Shown one piece after another: positions 27,816-38,700 of a DNA stretch of 64,000 nucleotides. The number at the start of each line of letters is the position of its first letter. Position 1 is the first letter of the stretch. The notes below the pieces were generated by a model. It made no database searches. It was not told the origin of the DNA and saw only the letters and a program-made list of their open reading frames with translations. Origin of the DNA: Spirochaetales bacterium (GTDB lineage: Bacteria > Spirochaetota > Spirochaetia > JABEVK01); NCBI GenBank assembly GCA_037142615.1, contig JBAXAI010000009.1:32001-96000 (forward strand), given 5' to 3'. Both the position numbers and the translations under genes were made by a program.

Positions 27816-30299
27816 TTAGACCCCGATTTCCACCACGATTGAGCTGGATGTACCCGGGGCCGGAGCCTCGGCTAGTCCATCGGGACGGAGTACCCCGTCC
27901 TGCACCAACGAGCGCACCCGGTTACCAGGACCCACCCGCTTCACCTCGATCTCGACCCGGCCGCCGCGGAAGGGGCGCCCGTAGCGGAACCCCGGCCATT
28001 CTGCGGGTACCAGCGGCGCCACCCGCAACTTCCCGCCCTCGGGTCGAACGCCCAGCAACCAGTGGACGGCCATGCGGTGCATCCACTGGGCGCTGCCGGT
28101 GTACCAACTCCAGCCGGCCCGGCCGTGCAGGGGCGAATCGGGGCCGTCGATGTTGCCGGGCATCACGTAAGGTTCGGCCTGCCAGCGCTCGGGGTTGGCC
28201 CCCCGTTTGGGAGGGCAGATTCGGGCCCAGGCCTCCCAGGCCAACTCAGCGTTGCCCAACAGCGCCCAAGCCCACACGGCCCAGGTCGCGGCGTGGCTGT
28301 AGGTGCCGCCGTTCTCGCGAAGACCGGGGGCGTAGCGCGTGATGTAGCCGATGTCGGTGCGGGGGCTGTGATAGGCCGGTCGCAACAGCACGGCTCCGTC
28401 TGCCTCGAGCAGCTCTTTTTCGACGCTCGCCATAGCCGTTGCCTGCCGCTCGGCGGGCGCCAGCCCGGAAATGACCGCCCAGGTCTGCGGGTTGAGAAAG
28501 ATCCGACCCTCGCTCGCCGACGCCGTGCCGAGAATCTCAGCGTTGTCGTTGGTGGCGGCGTGGTACCAGGCTCCGTCCCACGCGTGGGCTTCGAGGGCCT
28601 TGGCCATGCCCGCGCGCAGGCCACGGCAGGTCTTGGCGAAGGCAGGGTCGCCGCGCTTCTCGACCAGCGGGGCCCAACGCTCGAGGATGAAGCCGAGAAA
28701 CTGGGCCACCCACATGCTCTCGCCCTTCATCTGGTTGCCCACCGCCGACAGGCCGTCGTTCCAGTCGTGGTCACCCATCAGTGGGATTCCCCGGGGAGAG
28801 AAGCGGCTGAAGGCCTTCTTGAGCGCGCGCTCGCAGTGTTCGCGGATCGTTGCTTCGCCGCCGTCCTGCCAAGGGGCCATGCGGTCGAGAATCGCTTCAT
28901 CGCCGGTTTCTTCGAGGTACAGTTCGACAGCAAAGGGAAGCCACAGCAAGTCGTCCGAACAGGTGCCGCGGGGGCCCCCTCCCCGGATGGTGAACCACCA
29001 GTGCAGTACGTCCCCTTCCTGAAACTGATGCCCGGCGTGCAGCACAATCTGGTCTGCTGTGCGCTCGGGGTGGCTCTCGAGCCAGACCAGACTGTCTTGC
29101 AGTTGGTCGCGGAAGCCCCAGCCGGCGCTCACTTGGTAGGGGCCGCTCTTGGCCCACAGCCGGCAGGCGATGGCCTGATAGCGGCTCCACCGCTGGGTAA
29201 ACAGCGTGAAGGCGTCGTCGGGCGTCGACAGAGTCTCGACGTCGAGCAAGTTGTCCCAGAAGGCGTGAACCGCCTCACGGGCCTTGCGGGCGCCTTCGGG
29301 GTGGCAATGCTCGGCGACCAGGGCGGTCCAATCCTCGGCGGCAACGGGAGTCTTCACGCTGGTGGCGTAGCCGCCGGGACCGTGCTGGGCTCCTCCTTGG
29401 GCGAGCGACAACGGCGGAGGGGCGTCGGCGTGGCGGGCAGCGCCCGTAGCGAACACGACGATGACCGTCTGACCCGGCTCCAACTCTACGATAGTGCGAA
29501 GGGCGGCGATGGCATCGCCGATACGGCCGGTATTGCGCGCCAACTCGTCGGCCTCGAGGGCAGCGGGTGCGGCGGCGTTGCCCCAGCCCCCTAGGAACGA
29601 CAGCTTGTCGGCGTCGTACGACTGCACCTCGGCACTGCACGCGTGGAAGGCGGTGTACGGCCAACTGACGTTGTTCCACCGACCGAGTTCGTCGGGGAAG
29701 CCCCATAGGTGTTTGTTTGCGGTAAGGGCCCCTTGTTTGGCGTGCCACGCGGTGTCGATGAACAGCTTGTGAAACTCGCGATGCTCAGCCGGGGCCTGGC
29801 CCAGTTCCCACTCAAGGGCGCTGGTCAACTCGATACGCCGTGGCTTCAGGCCGGTGTTGGTCAGGTGAAGCTCGGCCAGTTCCATCGGTGCGCCGGGCAC
29901 GGCATAGCGCCACAGGTCGCTGCGGATGTCGCCCTGTCGTTGCAAGAAGCGTGCAAAACCGGCGCCGTAGCGCACTTCAAACTCGTCGGGTGTCTTTCGG
30001 GTGGGCTGCCAGGTGAGGCTCCAGACGTCGTGGTAGGTCGCACCCGGGGTCAGATCGCGGGCGTAGAACCAGGTTCCCATGGCGTCCTGGACGAGGTCCT
30101 GAAACGAACGGGTCACGCGGTTCTGCCCCGCGTTGTCGCGCCACGAGTAGCCGGCGCCCACCTGGCTCACCAGGAAGTTCCACTCGCCGTTCGAGACGAT
30201 CTGCGACCACGGCCGTGGCGTCTTGGCCTTGCGGATGACGTATTCCTTGCCGTCGGCGCTGAAGCCGCCGTAGCCGTTGTCGAGTTTCAGCTTTTTCAT
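27816..30299 (-). CDS. GH94 glycoside phosphorylase
   Basis: GGFSADGKEY, TPRPW, GFRDQLQD, SDDLLWL, DWNDG, GES, WDGAWY, ENGGTYSHA, EPYV and WYTGSA. ATGA-coupled to lacI. Confidence 0.92.
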   Translation of the reverse strand: MKKLKLDNGYGGFSADGKEYVIRKAKTPRPWSQIVSNGEWNFLVSQVGAGYSWRDNAGQNRVTRSFQDLVQDAMGTWFYARDLTPGATYHDVWSLTWQPTRKTPDEFEVRYGAGFARFLQRQGDIRSDLWRYAVPGAPMELAELHLTNTGLKPRRIELTSALEWELGQAPAEHREFHKLFIDTAWHAKQGALTANKHLWGFPDELGRWNNVSWPYTAFHACSAEVQSYDADKLSFLGGWGNAAAPAALEADELARNTGRIGDAIAALRTIVELEPGQTVIVVFATGAARHADAPPPLSLAQGGAQHGPGGYATSVKTPVAAEDWTALVAEHCHPEGARKAREAVHAFWDNLLDVETLSTPDDAFTLFTQRWSRYQAIACRLWAKSGPYQVSAGWGFRDQLQDSLVWLESHPERTADQIVLHAGHQFQEGDVLHWWFTIRGGGPRGTCSDDLLWLPFAVELYLEETGDEAILDRMAPWQDGGEATIREHCERALKKAFSRFSPRGIPLMGDHDWNDGLSAVGNQMKGESMWVAQFLGFILERWAPLVEKRGDPAFAKTCRGLRAGMAKALEAHAWDGAWYHAATNDNAEILGTASASEGRIFLNPQTWAVISGLAPAERQATAMASVEKELLEADGAVLLRPAYHSPRTDIGYITRYAPGLRENGGTYSHAATWAVWAWALLGNAELAWEAWARICPPKRGANPERWQAEPYVMPGNIDGPDSPLHGRAGWSWYTGSAQWMHRMAVHWLLGVRPEGGKLRVAPLVPAEWPGFRYGRPFRGGRVEIEVKRVGPGNRVRSLVQDGVLRPDGLAEAPAPGTSSSIVVEIGV

Positions 30300-31270
30300 G
30301 GTGTTCCCCCTTGCAAAACGGCGCCGTGCGAAGCGCGGAGAACGGGTTTGAGCGCTACCAGTCGGGTCTGACTCCAGCCGGGGTGAGCCAACATCTTGAG
30401 CAGGATGTCGGCCGCCTGACGGCCCCACTCGGCGCGAGGCACCTGAACCGTCGTCAGCGCCGGGTGAAGAAACTCGGCCACCTGGATGTCGTCAAACCCG
30501 GTAACACCGATGTCCTGACCCAGCTCGACCTTCTCGGCCGTGAACACGCGGTAGATGCCCAAAGCCGTCTCGTCGTTGGCGCACACAACAAGCTTTGGCC
30601 GAAGCTTCAGGCCCAGAATCTGGCGGGCAACCCGGTGGCCACCGTCTTCGGTGAAGTCTCCCCCAAGAACCCGGAGGTCCTTTCCGAACCGGAGGTGCAT
30701 GGCGGCCAACCGCTCTTCGGCGTCGTGGGAGTGTTCGGGTCCCCCGACGTAAACGAGGTCTTCCCTCGGCGGTGAGCCCAGACCATCGAGCAACTGGTTG
30801 AGCCCACCCGCGTTGTCGAGCACGCAACTGGAAAGTCCTGCGGCCTTCAGGTTGCGGTCCATTGTTACCAAGGGAAGTCCCGCGGCGGCGGCCTCAAGGA
30901 TCTTCTGGTCGGGGATGGCGGCGTCGAGAATGACGCCGGCGTCGAGGCGGCGTCCGCGCAGGTAATCGGTCCGTGGCGATCGGAAGCAGACAATCAGGTC
31001 GTACCCGGCAACATCCAGTTGGTGCCGCACGCCCGCGAGCACATCGTGGTAGAACGGCCCGGCGAGGTCGTTCACGAAGAAGCCCACCGTGCGCGTTTCG
31101 CGGATCTTGAGGCTACGGGCGATTTCGTGCGGTCGGTAGTCGAGTTCGCGGGCAATGGAAAGGATCCGGTTGCGGGTCGTAGGAGCCACCCGGCTGTCGC
31201 CGTTGAGAGCAAGAGAGGTCGTCGAAACAGAAACCCCTGCGCGAAGGGCAATTTCCTTCAGTCCGGCCAT
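30296..31270 (-). CDS. LacI-family transcriptional regulator
   Basis: HTH LKEIALRAGVSVSTTSLALN, hinge YRPHEIARSL, and motifs CANDETA, GFDD and LTTV. Confidence 0.95.
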   Translation of the reverse strand: MAGLKEIALRAGVSVSTTSLALNGDSRVAPTTRNRILSIARELDYRPHEIARSLKIRETRTVGFFVNDLAGPFYHDVLAGVRHQLDVAGYDLIVCFRSPRTDYLRGRRLDAGVILDAAIPDQKILEAAAAGLPLVTMDRNLKAAGLSSCVLDNAGGLNQLLDGLGSPPREDLVYVGGPEHSHDAEERLAAMHLRFGKDLRVLGGDFTEDGGHRVARQILGLKLRPKLVVCANDETALGIYRVFTAEKVELGQDIGVTGFDDIQVAEFLHPALTTVQVPRAEWGRQAADILLKMLAHPGWSQTRLVALKPVLRASHGAVLQGGTP

Positions 31271-31291
31271 GTTGAGTGAACCCCTATAACC

Positions 31292-31369
31292 ATCGATACG
31301 TTTCGATTGTGCCTAAAGACCCTATCGAAACGATTGAAATACGATACACCCAGTCTTTCGAGCGCGCAA
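31292..31369 (-). promoter_or_regulatory. sigma70 promoter and two LacI-type operators of the glycan operon
   Basis: Minus strand TTGCGC(31369-31364)-17 nt-TATCGT(31346-31341). Near-palindromes with central CG: ATCGATACGTTTCGAT (31292-31307) and ATCGAAACGATTGAAA (31324-31339). Confidence 0.75.
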
Positions 31370-31377
31370 GGACTTTC

Positions 31378-33294
31378 TTAGACGGTGAAGCCCTTCACCC
31401 GTTCCTGCAGGCGGAACGCGGCTTCGGCGTTGGCTTGGGCCCCCATGGCGACGGCTGCCATGGCCTTGGTCAACTGCTGGGTCTTGAGGGATTGCGACGT
31501 GACAGCCTGCTCGATGCGACGGGTGGCTTGAATGATTTCGGCCATCGCCCGCGAGGCGTCGACCGAATGGCCCTTCTGCTCCTGGGTGAGGTCGCGGATC
31601 ACGTTCATCGCCTCAACCAACCCTTGTGTCGAGCCGAGAACCTGATCGGTGCCGGTCTGCTGTTCGGTCATGGTCAAGGCGATCGTACGCAGCAAAGTCG
31701 AGGTCTCTTCGGTCCGGCGGGCGATTTCAGTAAAAGCGTCGCCGGCCTGGCCCGCCAGTTGGCCCCCGGTTTGGATCTTGCGGTCCATGTCCTGGATATG
31801 CGTGCGGATCTCGCGAGCGTTGCGCGCGCTGGTCTCGGCCAGATTGCGAACCTCGTCTGCGACCACGGCAAAGCCGCTCCCCGAGTCCCCTGCGTGGGCG
31901 GCTTCGATGGCGGCATTCATTGCCAGAAGATTGGTCTGCGCGGCAATTTTGGCAATCAAGCCCACAATCTCGTTGACGCTGCGCGAAGCGTCTTGAATCT
32001 CGCCCATCGAGCGCGACATGTTGCCCATGGCGGTCGCACCGGCCTGGGTGATCTCGGCCAAACCTTGACCCACGATATCGGCCTTTCGGGTCATCTCGCC
32101 TACCGAAGTGATGTTTCCGGCCATTTGGGCGATCGCCGTCGAGCTCTCGCCCACCAAGCGCACCTGTTCCTCAACCCGCGTCTCGACGATGAGAGTCGAT
32201 TCCCCGACCTTCGCCAGCAACTGCTCCGCTTGCCGGATGGCGCTCACCTGCTCTTCGACGGACTGCTGGACGTTGCCCTGCGAGCCCGCGAGGCTGATGG
32301 TGGTCAGCGAGGCGTCGGCCGACTCGGCCTGGACCTGAGTCGACGACCCAGAGACTTCGGTGGCGCTGGCCTTCACCTCGGCCACCAAAGGCTGAAGGTT
32401 AGAAAGAAACTGATTGATGTGGCCCGTCAGGCGGCCGATTTCGTCATAAAAAACGACGGGAACCCGAACCGTGAGGTCCGAAGACCCGGTGGCGAGTTCG
32501 GTGATCTTCGTATCGAGCCGCCTGAGTTGACGGCGGAGGTTATCGACCACGACAAAAATGAGAAAAACGGTCCAGATGACGAGGAAAGCCGCAAGACCGC
32601 CCATCTGCAACACGACGCCCAATTCGCTGGAAGCCAGCGCCTGATCGCCCGAAACGGTGGCCCCTGCCAGAGCATCGGCGGCCAACTGAGAGTAGTAGTG
32701 ACTCACTTCGCGGTAGAAACCGAGGGTTGCCACCGACATGAGAATACTTCCCAAGAACACCGACCCGAGGACAGTCCACAGCAGCCGGCTGGGCAAACTG
32801 AGGTCGCGGATCTGGGGCGGCAGTTCCCTCACTCCCAGCTTCTCACGAAGGCGGACCAAGACGCTGTCCGACATGGCCAACCCTTGAAGAATCCCCATCC
32901 CACCGGTAGCTACACCCAACAGCACGCTGACCCACAGATCCAGCGCGGCCATTTTTCCACCAGCCAGAAGGTCGAGCAACAGGGTTTGACCGGTGGTCCC
33001 CAACACAAAAACCAACACGTTCGACACCACAAAAAAACGCGGAAGACCCGCGAGGACCTTCCAGACCTCGGTCCTTTCCAACTGGGGTTTGCGCAGAGCC
33101 CTCACACGCCACCGCATCACCACGGCCCCGCCGATCGCCATCACAAGAGCCCAGGGGATGGTGACAAACAGGGTGCTGAGCAAGGTGGTGAACGCCCTGT
33201 GGAAGAACAAGGCCTCAAAAAGCAGGATGAAGCCTTGACCCAAAAGAGTCAGGCCGAGGAAGACGAGGGCAAGAAGGTTGGCAGGGTTTCCCAT
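31378..33294 (-). CDS. Methyl-accepting chemotaxis protein with multi-TM sensor
   Basis: HAMP DLTVRVP..DEIGRL and hairpin [34 protein letters not shown]. Start estimated at ATG 33294. Confidence 0.9.
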   Translation of the reverse strand: MGNPANLLALVFLGLTLLGQGFILLFEALFFHRAFTTLLSTLFVTIPWALVMAIGGAVVMRWRVRALRKPQLERTEVWKVLAGLPRFFVVSNVLVFVLGTTGQTLLLDLLAGGKMAALDLWVSVLLGVATGGMGILQGLAMSDSVLVRLREKLGVRELPPQIRDLSLPSRLLWTVLGSVFLGSILMSVATLGFYREVSHYYSQLAADALAGATVSGDQALASSELGVVLQMGGLAAFLVIWTVFLIFVVVDNLRRQLRRLDTKITELATGSSDLTVRVPVVFYDEIGRLTGHINQFLSNLQPLVAEVKASATEVSGSSTQVQAESADASLTTISLAGSQGNVQQSVEEQVSAIRQAEQLLAKVGESTLIVETRVEEQVRLVGESSTAIAQMAGNITSVGEMTRKADIVGQGLAEITQAGATAMGNMSRSMGEIQDASRSVNEIVGLIAKIAAQTNLLAMNAAIEAAHAGDSGSGFAVVADEVRNLAETSARNAREIRTHIQDMDRKIQTGGQLAGQAGDAFTEIARRTEETSTLLRTIALTMTEQQTGTDQVLGSTQGLVEAMNVIRDLTQEQKGHSVDASRAMAEIIQATRRIEQAVTSQSLKTQQLTKAMAAVAMGAQANAEAAFRLQERVKGFTV

Positions 33295-33338
33295 GATGGT
33301 CCATTGTCGTGCACCGCGTTCGGGTTTACAATACGGGC

Positions 33339-33758
33339 ATGTCACTGACGGTTTCCCGCACCAATAATCAAGAAGCGGTGATGGCAATGGTGCGCCAGTT
33401 GCAGTCGCGCGATGCAACGGTCCGCAACCACGAAGCCGCCCATATCGGGGCCGGCGGCGGGGTGATCACCGGTGGTGCCCACTACAGCTACCAAAAGGGC
33501 CCCGACGGCCGCAACTACGCCATCGGTGGTGAGGTCGGCATCGATTCGAGCCCGGTTTCGGGGAATCCGCAGGCCACTCTCAGCAAAATGGCTTTGGTGA
33601 AGGCGGCCGCTTTGGCGCCTTCGGAACCCAGCGCGGCCGATCAGTCGGTCGCCGCCTCCGCCACCCAGATCGAGGCACAGGCGCGGGTCGAGGCCTACCG
33701 CAAGGGCCAGCAAACCAGTGATTCAGCACGGGGAACCAACGTGGATCTGACGGTATGA
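33339..33758 (+). CDS. SprA-related family protein (putative metalloprotease-like)
   Basis: [30 protein letters not shown] and [12 protein letters not shown]. The C-terminus is GTNVDLTV. Confidence 0.8.
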   Translation: MSLTVSRTNNQEAVMAMVRQLQSRDATVRNHEAAHIGAGGGVITGGAHYSYQKGPDGRNYAIGGEVGIDSSPVSGNPQATLSKMALVKAAALAPSEPSAADQSVAASATQIEAQARVEAYRKGQQTSDSARGTNVDLTV

Positions 33759-34576
33759 AACCCCTTCCCTGCGTCCGCACGCTCGCTGGGTGGGCCGTTG
33801 TCATGGTGCTGACGCTCGCGACCCAGCCTCTCGCGGCGCAGTCCGAGTCCGTGCCGGTCGTGAAGGCGCTTTTGGTCGACGGTGGCCCCTTTCTCCAGGG
33901 CAACCGCACCATCGAACCGATGGTCGCTGGCAAAAAAGTCACCGTCTCGTCGTTCTGGATGGCCGAGACCGAGACGACGCAGCGCCAGTACAAAGAGGTC
34001 ACCGGGAGCGATCCGAGCTGGTTCCACAACGCCGAGAACCCTGTCGAGAAAGTCTCGTGGTACGAAGCCATCGCGTTTTGCAACCTGCTGTCGGTCCGCG
34101 ACGGCCTCGAGCCTGCCTACAGTGTCGAAGGGACCAAGGTCACGTGGAACCACGAGGCCCAAGGTTGGCGGCTTCCCACCGAGGCCGAGTTCGAGTTTGC
34201 GGCGCGCGGGGGTCTGCAAGGTCACGACTACGCGTTCCCGGGGAGCGGCGCCGCCGACGAAGTGGGCTGGAGCTTCAGCAATTCCGGCAAGCAAACCCGC
34301 CCGGTCAAATCCCTAAAGCCCAACGAGTTGAATCTGTACGGGCTGGCCGGAAACGTGTGGGAGTGGTGTTGGGATTGGTACACCTTCGATCGGTCGTCGT
34401 TGCCGGAAGTGAACCCGCAGGGGCCGTTGGTCGGCTCCGACAAGGTGAACCGGGGCGGCGGTTGGAACGACGACTTCGTCGATTCCTTCCGCCCGTACTT
34501 CCGCGCCGATGACGGTCCCGACTCGCGCGACAGCGACCTCGGGTTTCGCGTTGTCCGCAACTCGCTCGGCTTGTAA
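33755..34576 (+). CDS. Exported SUMF1/formylglycine-generating-enzyme-family domain protein
   Basis: Signal peptide and motifs PVEKVSW, RLPTEAEFEFAARGG, PNELNLYGLAGNVWEWCWDWY, RGGGW and GFRVVR. Confidence 0.9.
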   Translation: MKPLPCVRTLAGWAVVMVLTLATQPLAAQSESVPVVKALLVDGGPFLQGNRTIEPMVAGKKVTVSSFWMAETETTQRQYKEVTGSDPSWFHNAENPVEKVSWYEAIAFCNLLSVRDGLEPAYSVEGTKVTWNHEAQGWRLPTEAEFEFAARGGLQGHDYAFPGSGAADEVGWSFSNSGKQTRPVKSLKPNELNLYGLAGNVWEWCWDWYTFDRSSLPEVNPQGPLVGSDKVNRGGGWNDDFVDSFRPYFRADDGPDSRDSDLGFRVVRNSLGL

Positions 34577-34589
34577 CTCCACCCCTGGG

Positions 34590-35729
34590 CTAAAAAGTCG
34601 TGAGCGGCAACAGGATGAACTGGAGCGTCACGCCCGCCTCGTTTACCCTGGCCAAGGTCGCCGTCTCGCCAAGCTTGCCGCGGGCGACATCGTGCTGGGC
34701 CGCGTCGGCGAAGACGACCACCTGCCTGGGGTTGGCCGCTTTGCTACCCGCAGGCGCCACCACGTCGAGCGCGGCCGAAAGGGCCTCGATCGCCGCTTCG
34801 GGCACATCGCCTCCGGCATCGGCCGACGCCCCGAGCAGTTCACTCTTCCAAACCGAGCGGTCCGAGGTCAGCTTGACGGTCTTGGTCAAGTACAGTTCCT
34901 GGTAGTCGCGGTAGAACACGAAGCCGAGCCGCAGCCCGGCCAGGCCTTCGGTGAGGGCTTCGATCTGCGGCGCCAAGGTTTCCCGGACAGCGGCAAGGTC
35001 CTGCTTCATGCTCTTGGTGGTGTCGATGGCCCACACCAGGTCGACGTTGTCGCGCAAGGTGGCCGTCAACCGCTTCACGCCGTCGGCGGGATCGAGGGCC
35101 TTTTCGGTCGGGCCCAGGCGCCGGAACAGGTCCTCGGCGCCTTTGACGTACTTGCCATGGTCGGGAGGCAGTTCGGCCACGACTGTCAGCGTGGAAAGCT
35201 CAAAGGCGTTGTCTTTGTACGCGCCGGTGTAGTCCTCGTAGGGTTTGGCGAACGTACGGATCGAGAACCACACCTTGCCACCGGCCTTGGCCAACTCCTG
35301 CGACACGTTGAGCTTGCCATAGCGGGCCCCGGGCGCCGTGGTGCTGCCGTACTCGATCAGCGTCGGGATCACGACTTCGAACGAGGCGCCAAAGCGGGGG
35401 TCTGCCACCACCGTCGATGACACGAGAAACGAGTTGGGCGCCTTGAGCGGCACGCCGTTCAGCAGACGTTTCTCGTTCGCCCCGGAAGGGTAGTCACCCA
35501 CGGACTTCCAGGAATACGTGGCCAGCTTGTGGTCGGGCAGTTCGTAGGATTCGACCAACATCACCGACGAAAGACCGGTCGTCTGCCGGATGATCAGGTG
35601 GAACCCGTCGTCACGGCTCTCGATGCGCACGTCGCCGGCCTTGAGCGTCAGCCCTTCGGGCACCTGAGCCCACACCGCCGAAGCCGTGAACAGCGCGAGG
35701 AACACACTGCGGAACCAAGAAGCTTTCAT
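34590..35729 (-). CDS. Exported vWA-domain protein
   Basis: Signal peptide, MIDAS DTTKSM, and motifs FYRDY, GGDVPEA and FADA. Confidence 0.85.
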   Translation of the reverse strand: MKASWFRSVFLALFTASAVWAQVPEGLTLKAGDVRIESRDDGFHLIIRQTTGLSSVMLVESYELPDHKLATYSWKSVGDYPSGANEKRLLNGVPLKAPNSFLVSSTVVADPRFGASFEVVIPTLIEYGSTTAPGARYGKLNVSQELAKAGGKVWFSIRTFAKPYEDYTGAYKDNAFELSTLTVVAELPPDHGKYVKGAEDLFRRLGPTEKALDPADGVKRLTATLRDNVDLVWAIDTTKSMKQDLAAVRETLAPQIEALTEGLAGLRLGFVFYRDYQELYLTKTVKLTSDRSVWKSELLGASADAGGDVPEAAIEALSAALDVVAPAGSKAANPRQVVVFADAAQHDVARGKLGETATLARVNEAGVTLQFILLPLTTF

Positions 35730-35786
35730 ACCTGCCAGATTACGGCAGAAACCGTCCCTCGGGCAAGGTTTGCCCGGAGGGGTCTG

Positions 35787-38700
35787 TCAGCGCGTTCGCA
35801 TGACGGCGCCGCCGAAGGTAAAGCCGCCGCCAAAAGCGCACAGCCCGACCACCTTGCCGGGCACCAACTCGGGGGTCAGCTCGAAAAGTGCCAACGGAAT
35901 CGAGTTCGACGACGTGTTTCCAAAGTGCCCGATGTTCGAGAAGATCCTGTCGGCCGTCAATTTTGTCTTTTGGCGCACGGCGTTCAAGATGCGCTGGTTG
36001 GCCTGGTGGGCCACAACGAGGTCGAGGTCGTGCGGCGCCATACCGCTGGCGTGGCAAGCTTGTTCCAGCAGGAGCACCATGTGCTTCACGGCTTCCAGGT
36101 ACACCTTGGGACCGTCCATGCTGATGAACTCTTCGGCTGAAAGCGGCACCTTGAGGCTGCTCCCGTCCTCGCCACGGCCCGAAAGTACCGGGCGGTCAAA
36201 CTCGGCCAGGATTTCGTGGGCCCTGTCGGCACCGACCACCAGGCTGGCGGTGGCGGCATCACCAAAGACGGGGGCCGTCTGCACGTCGGTGTGGTCGGTT
36301 CGTCGGCTGAGCACCTCGGTGGTAATCACCAAAACGCGCCCGTTGGGGTTGTAAGCCAAATGGTCCCACGCCGCCTGCAGGCTGTACAGGTAGCCGGAAC
36401 AGGCCGCGTTGATGTCGTTGACCTGAATGAGCGGTTCCACACTTCGGCCCCTGGTCAATTCGGCCAGAACCAGACAAGCCATCGAGGGCGTGAAACTGGC
36501 GGGGGTCCCCGTGGTGCAAAAAACCGCTGTCAGGTCCTCGGGCGCGAGTTTGTGGGCGTCGAGGAGTTCGCGGCTGGCGCGGACCGCCAGGCTGAGCGCT
36601 GTTTCGTCGTCGGTGGCCCACTGGCGCGTATGAATGCCGATGCGCTTCACGATGCCGGCGGGGGTCCAGTCGGGGCAAAGGGCCGCGATCTCTTCGTTGG
36701 TCACGGTACGCGAACCGGGGGCGATGCGGATGCCGGCCACACCAACCAGCGGTGCGCGGGCGCTGCGGTGCGTCGGCTGGGACTGCGCCCCGGTGTCGAG
36801 CCAAACGATGTGCGGGGTCCCGGGGTTCTCGAGCGTGATCGGCTTCTTTGAAACGCGGGCCGAGCCGGTGGCCACTTTGAGCAAGGGTGTGCCCACCTTC
36901 ACCTGCTCACCGACGGGGACCAAGACCTCTGCGAGCGTACCTTCCAGCGGGCTCGAAAGGTCGAACGCGGCCTTGTCGGCCTCAAGCTCGGCCAGCTTCA
37001 GGCCCGGCGTGAGTTTCTGGCCCGGCTTTACCAACCATTCCAGCACGGTCACCGACTCATCCGAGGGACTGGAACCGACGGCCTCGACGAAGGCAAAGCC
37101 GGCCTCGATCTTCAGGTCGAGCTCCCAGGTCAGTTCGCCGCCAAACAGGTCGACGGCGGTGGTGAGGATTTTTTTGTACGACGGGAGCACTTCGAGCTGG
37201 TTGCCGAAGTTGCACGGCACGTAGGTGTCGGGGCGTGCCACACGCCGTATCTGCACCGGCACCCCGGCCTTTTCGGCGACGGTGGCAGCGATTTCACTCG
37301 CCATCGACGCCGAGTGAGAATCTTCCTGCGCGATGATCAGTCGGCCGGTCTTGCGCACCGACTCGAGCACCAGCGGCTCGTCCCAGGGTGAGAGCGAGCG
37401 CAAGTCGATCACGTCGCAGGGCTTGCCGGCGGCGGCCAGCGCGTCGGCAGCCTTGAGGCACAGGTTCAGCGTGTTGCCCCAGCCCACCAGCGTCAACTGA
37501 TCGCCATGCCGGTGCAAGCGCCCGCGGCCGATGGGAACCAAGTGCTGGCGGATGTCTTTGCTGGTGGCCTGCGTGCGGTCGTTGAGGCAGCTTTTCGGGT
37601 AAAAGAACACTGTCGGGCGCTTGGACTCGAAAGCGGCGTTGAGCAGGCCGGCCGCGTCGCCGGCGGTGGCTGGCAAAAAGACGTCGAGGCCGGGCGTGTG
37701 CGCGGCGATCGATTCCATGCTGCTGGCGTGGAACGGCCCCAACCCTGGCTTGTAGCCACCGCAACTGACCATCAGGATCATCGGCGCCTTCCAACCACCG
37801 TCGGTGCGCCAGTGCATCGAGCCCATTTCGGCGAAAATCTGGTTGTAGGCGATGGCAAAGAAGTCGGCAAACTGCAAAAAACCGACGGGGTGACGACCGG
37901 CCAGGGCCTGCCCCACGCTGACGCCCACAATGGTTGACTCGGCCAGCGGCGAGTTCTTCACGCGGCCGGGGAAGGCTTCGCTGAGTCCCTTGGTGACGCC
38001 GAACACGTCGCCTTTGGGGTCTTCGATGTCTTCGCCAAACAGGCTAACCGCCGGATCGGTTTCCAAGCGGTGGCGGAGCACTTCGCGCAGGGCTTCAAGC
38101 ATCGTGATCTGCTCGCCGCCCTCGACACCGGTGTTCTCCTCGGCCGGGTTGGTCAGGTGCGACGGCAAGTCGGCCTTAGCGGTATAGATTGGTTCGGGCT
38201 CGGCGCTGTCTTGGGCCCGAAGGGAGTCGGCCTGCACCTCGTCCTTCAGGCGCGCGCGCAGCTCGGCAAGCCGGTCCAGTGCGACACCGTTGTGCTCCAG
38301 CCAAGCCTCGAGGCGGGGCAGCGGGTCATCGCGGCGCCGGGTCTCTTCGATCTCTTCGAGCGAGCGGTAGCTTCGGTGGTCGTCGGCGTTGGTGTGGCTG
38401 TTGAGCCGGCTGACCTGAAAGATCACGATGGCAGGGCCCCGATGCTCGCGGACCCCTTCAACGGCCCGGCCGAAAGTCTCGTAGCTTGCCACGGGGTCGC
38501 GACCATCGACGCGCAAGAGCGGAAGCCCGTAGAACTCCTGGGCGTCGCCGCTGGGCCGACTGTAGAACGTCTGGCCCTTGGTCTTGGTGCTGATGGCCCA
38601 CGTATTGTCTTCCACCACAAAGAGTACTGGAAGATGCTCGCGCACAGCGTGGGCGATGGCCTCCAGCACCTCACCTTGCTGGGTGGTGCCGTCACCCAAC

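Noticed and set aside
10656-29594. Many 400-550-aa plus-strand ORFs across the glycan operon
   Set aside because: All mirror well-supported minus-strand genes. Scarce stop codons on the antisense strand are expected at this GC content.
31276-33348. 690-aa plus-strand ORF antisense to the MCP
   Set aside because: Shadow frame with no recognisable domain. Its start lies in the LacI operator region.
33755-34576. Diversity-generating retroelement target (FGE/CLec fold)
   Set aside because: I saw no reverse transcriptase and no template-repeat copy of the 3' end in the window.
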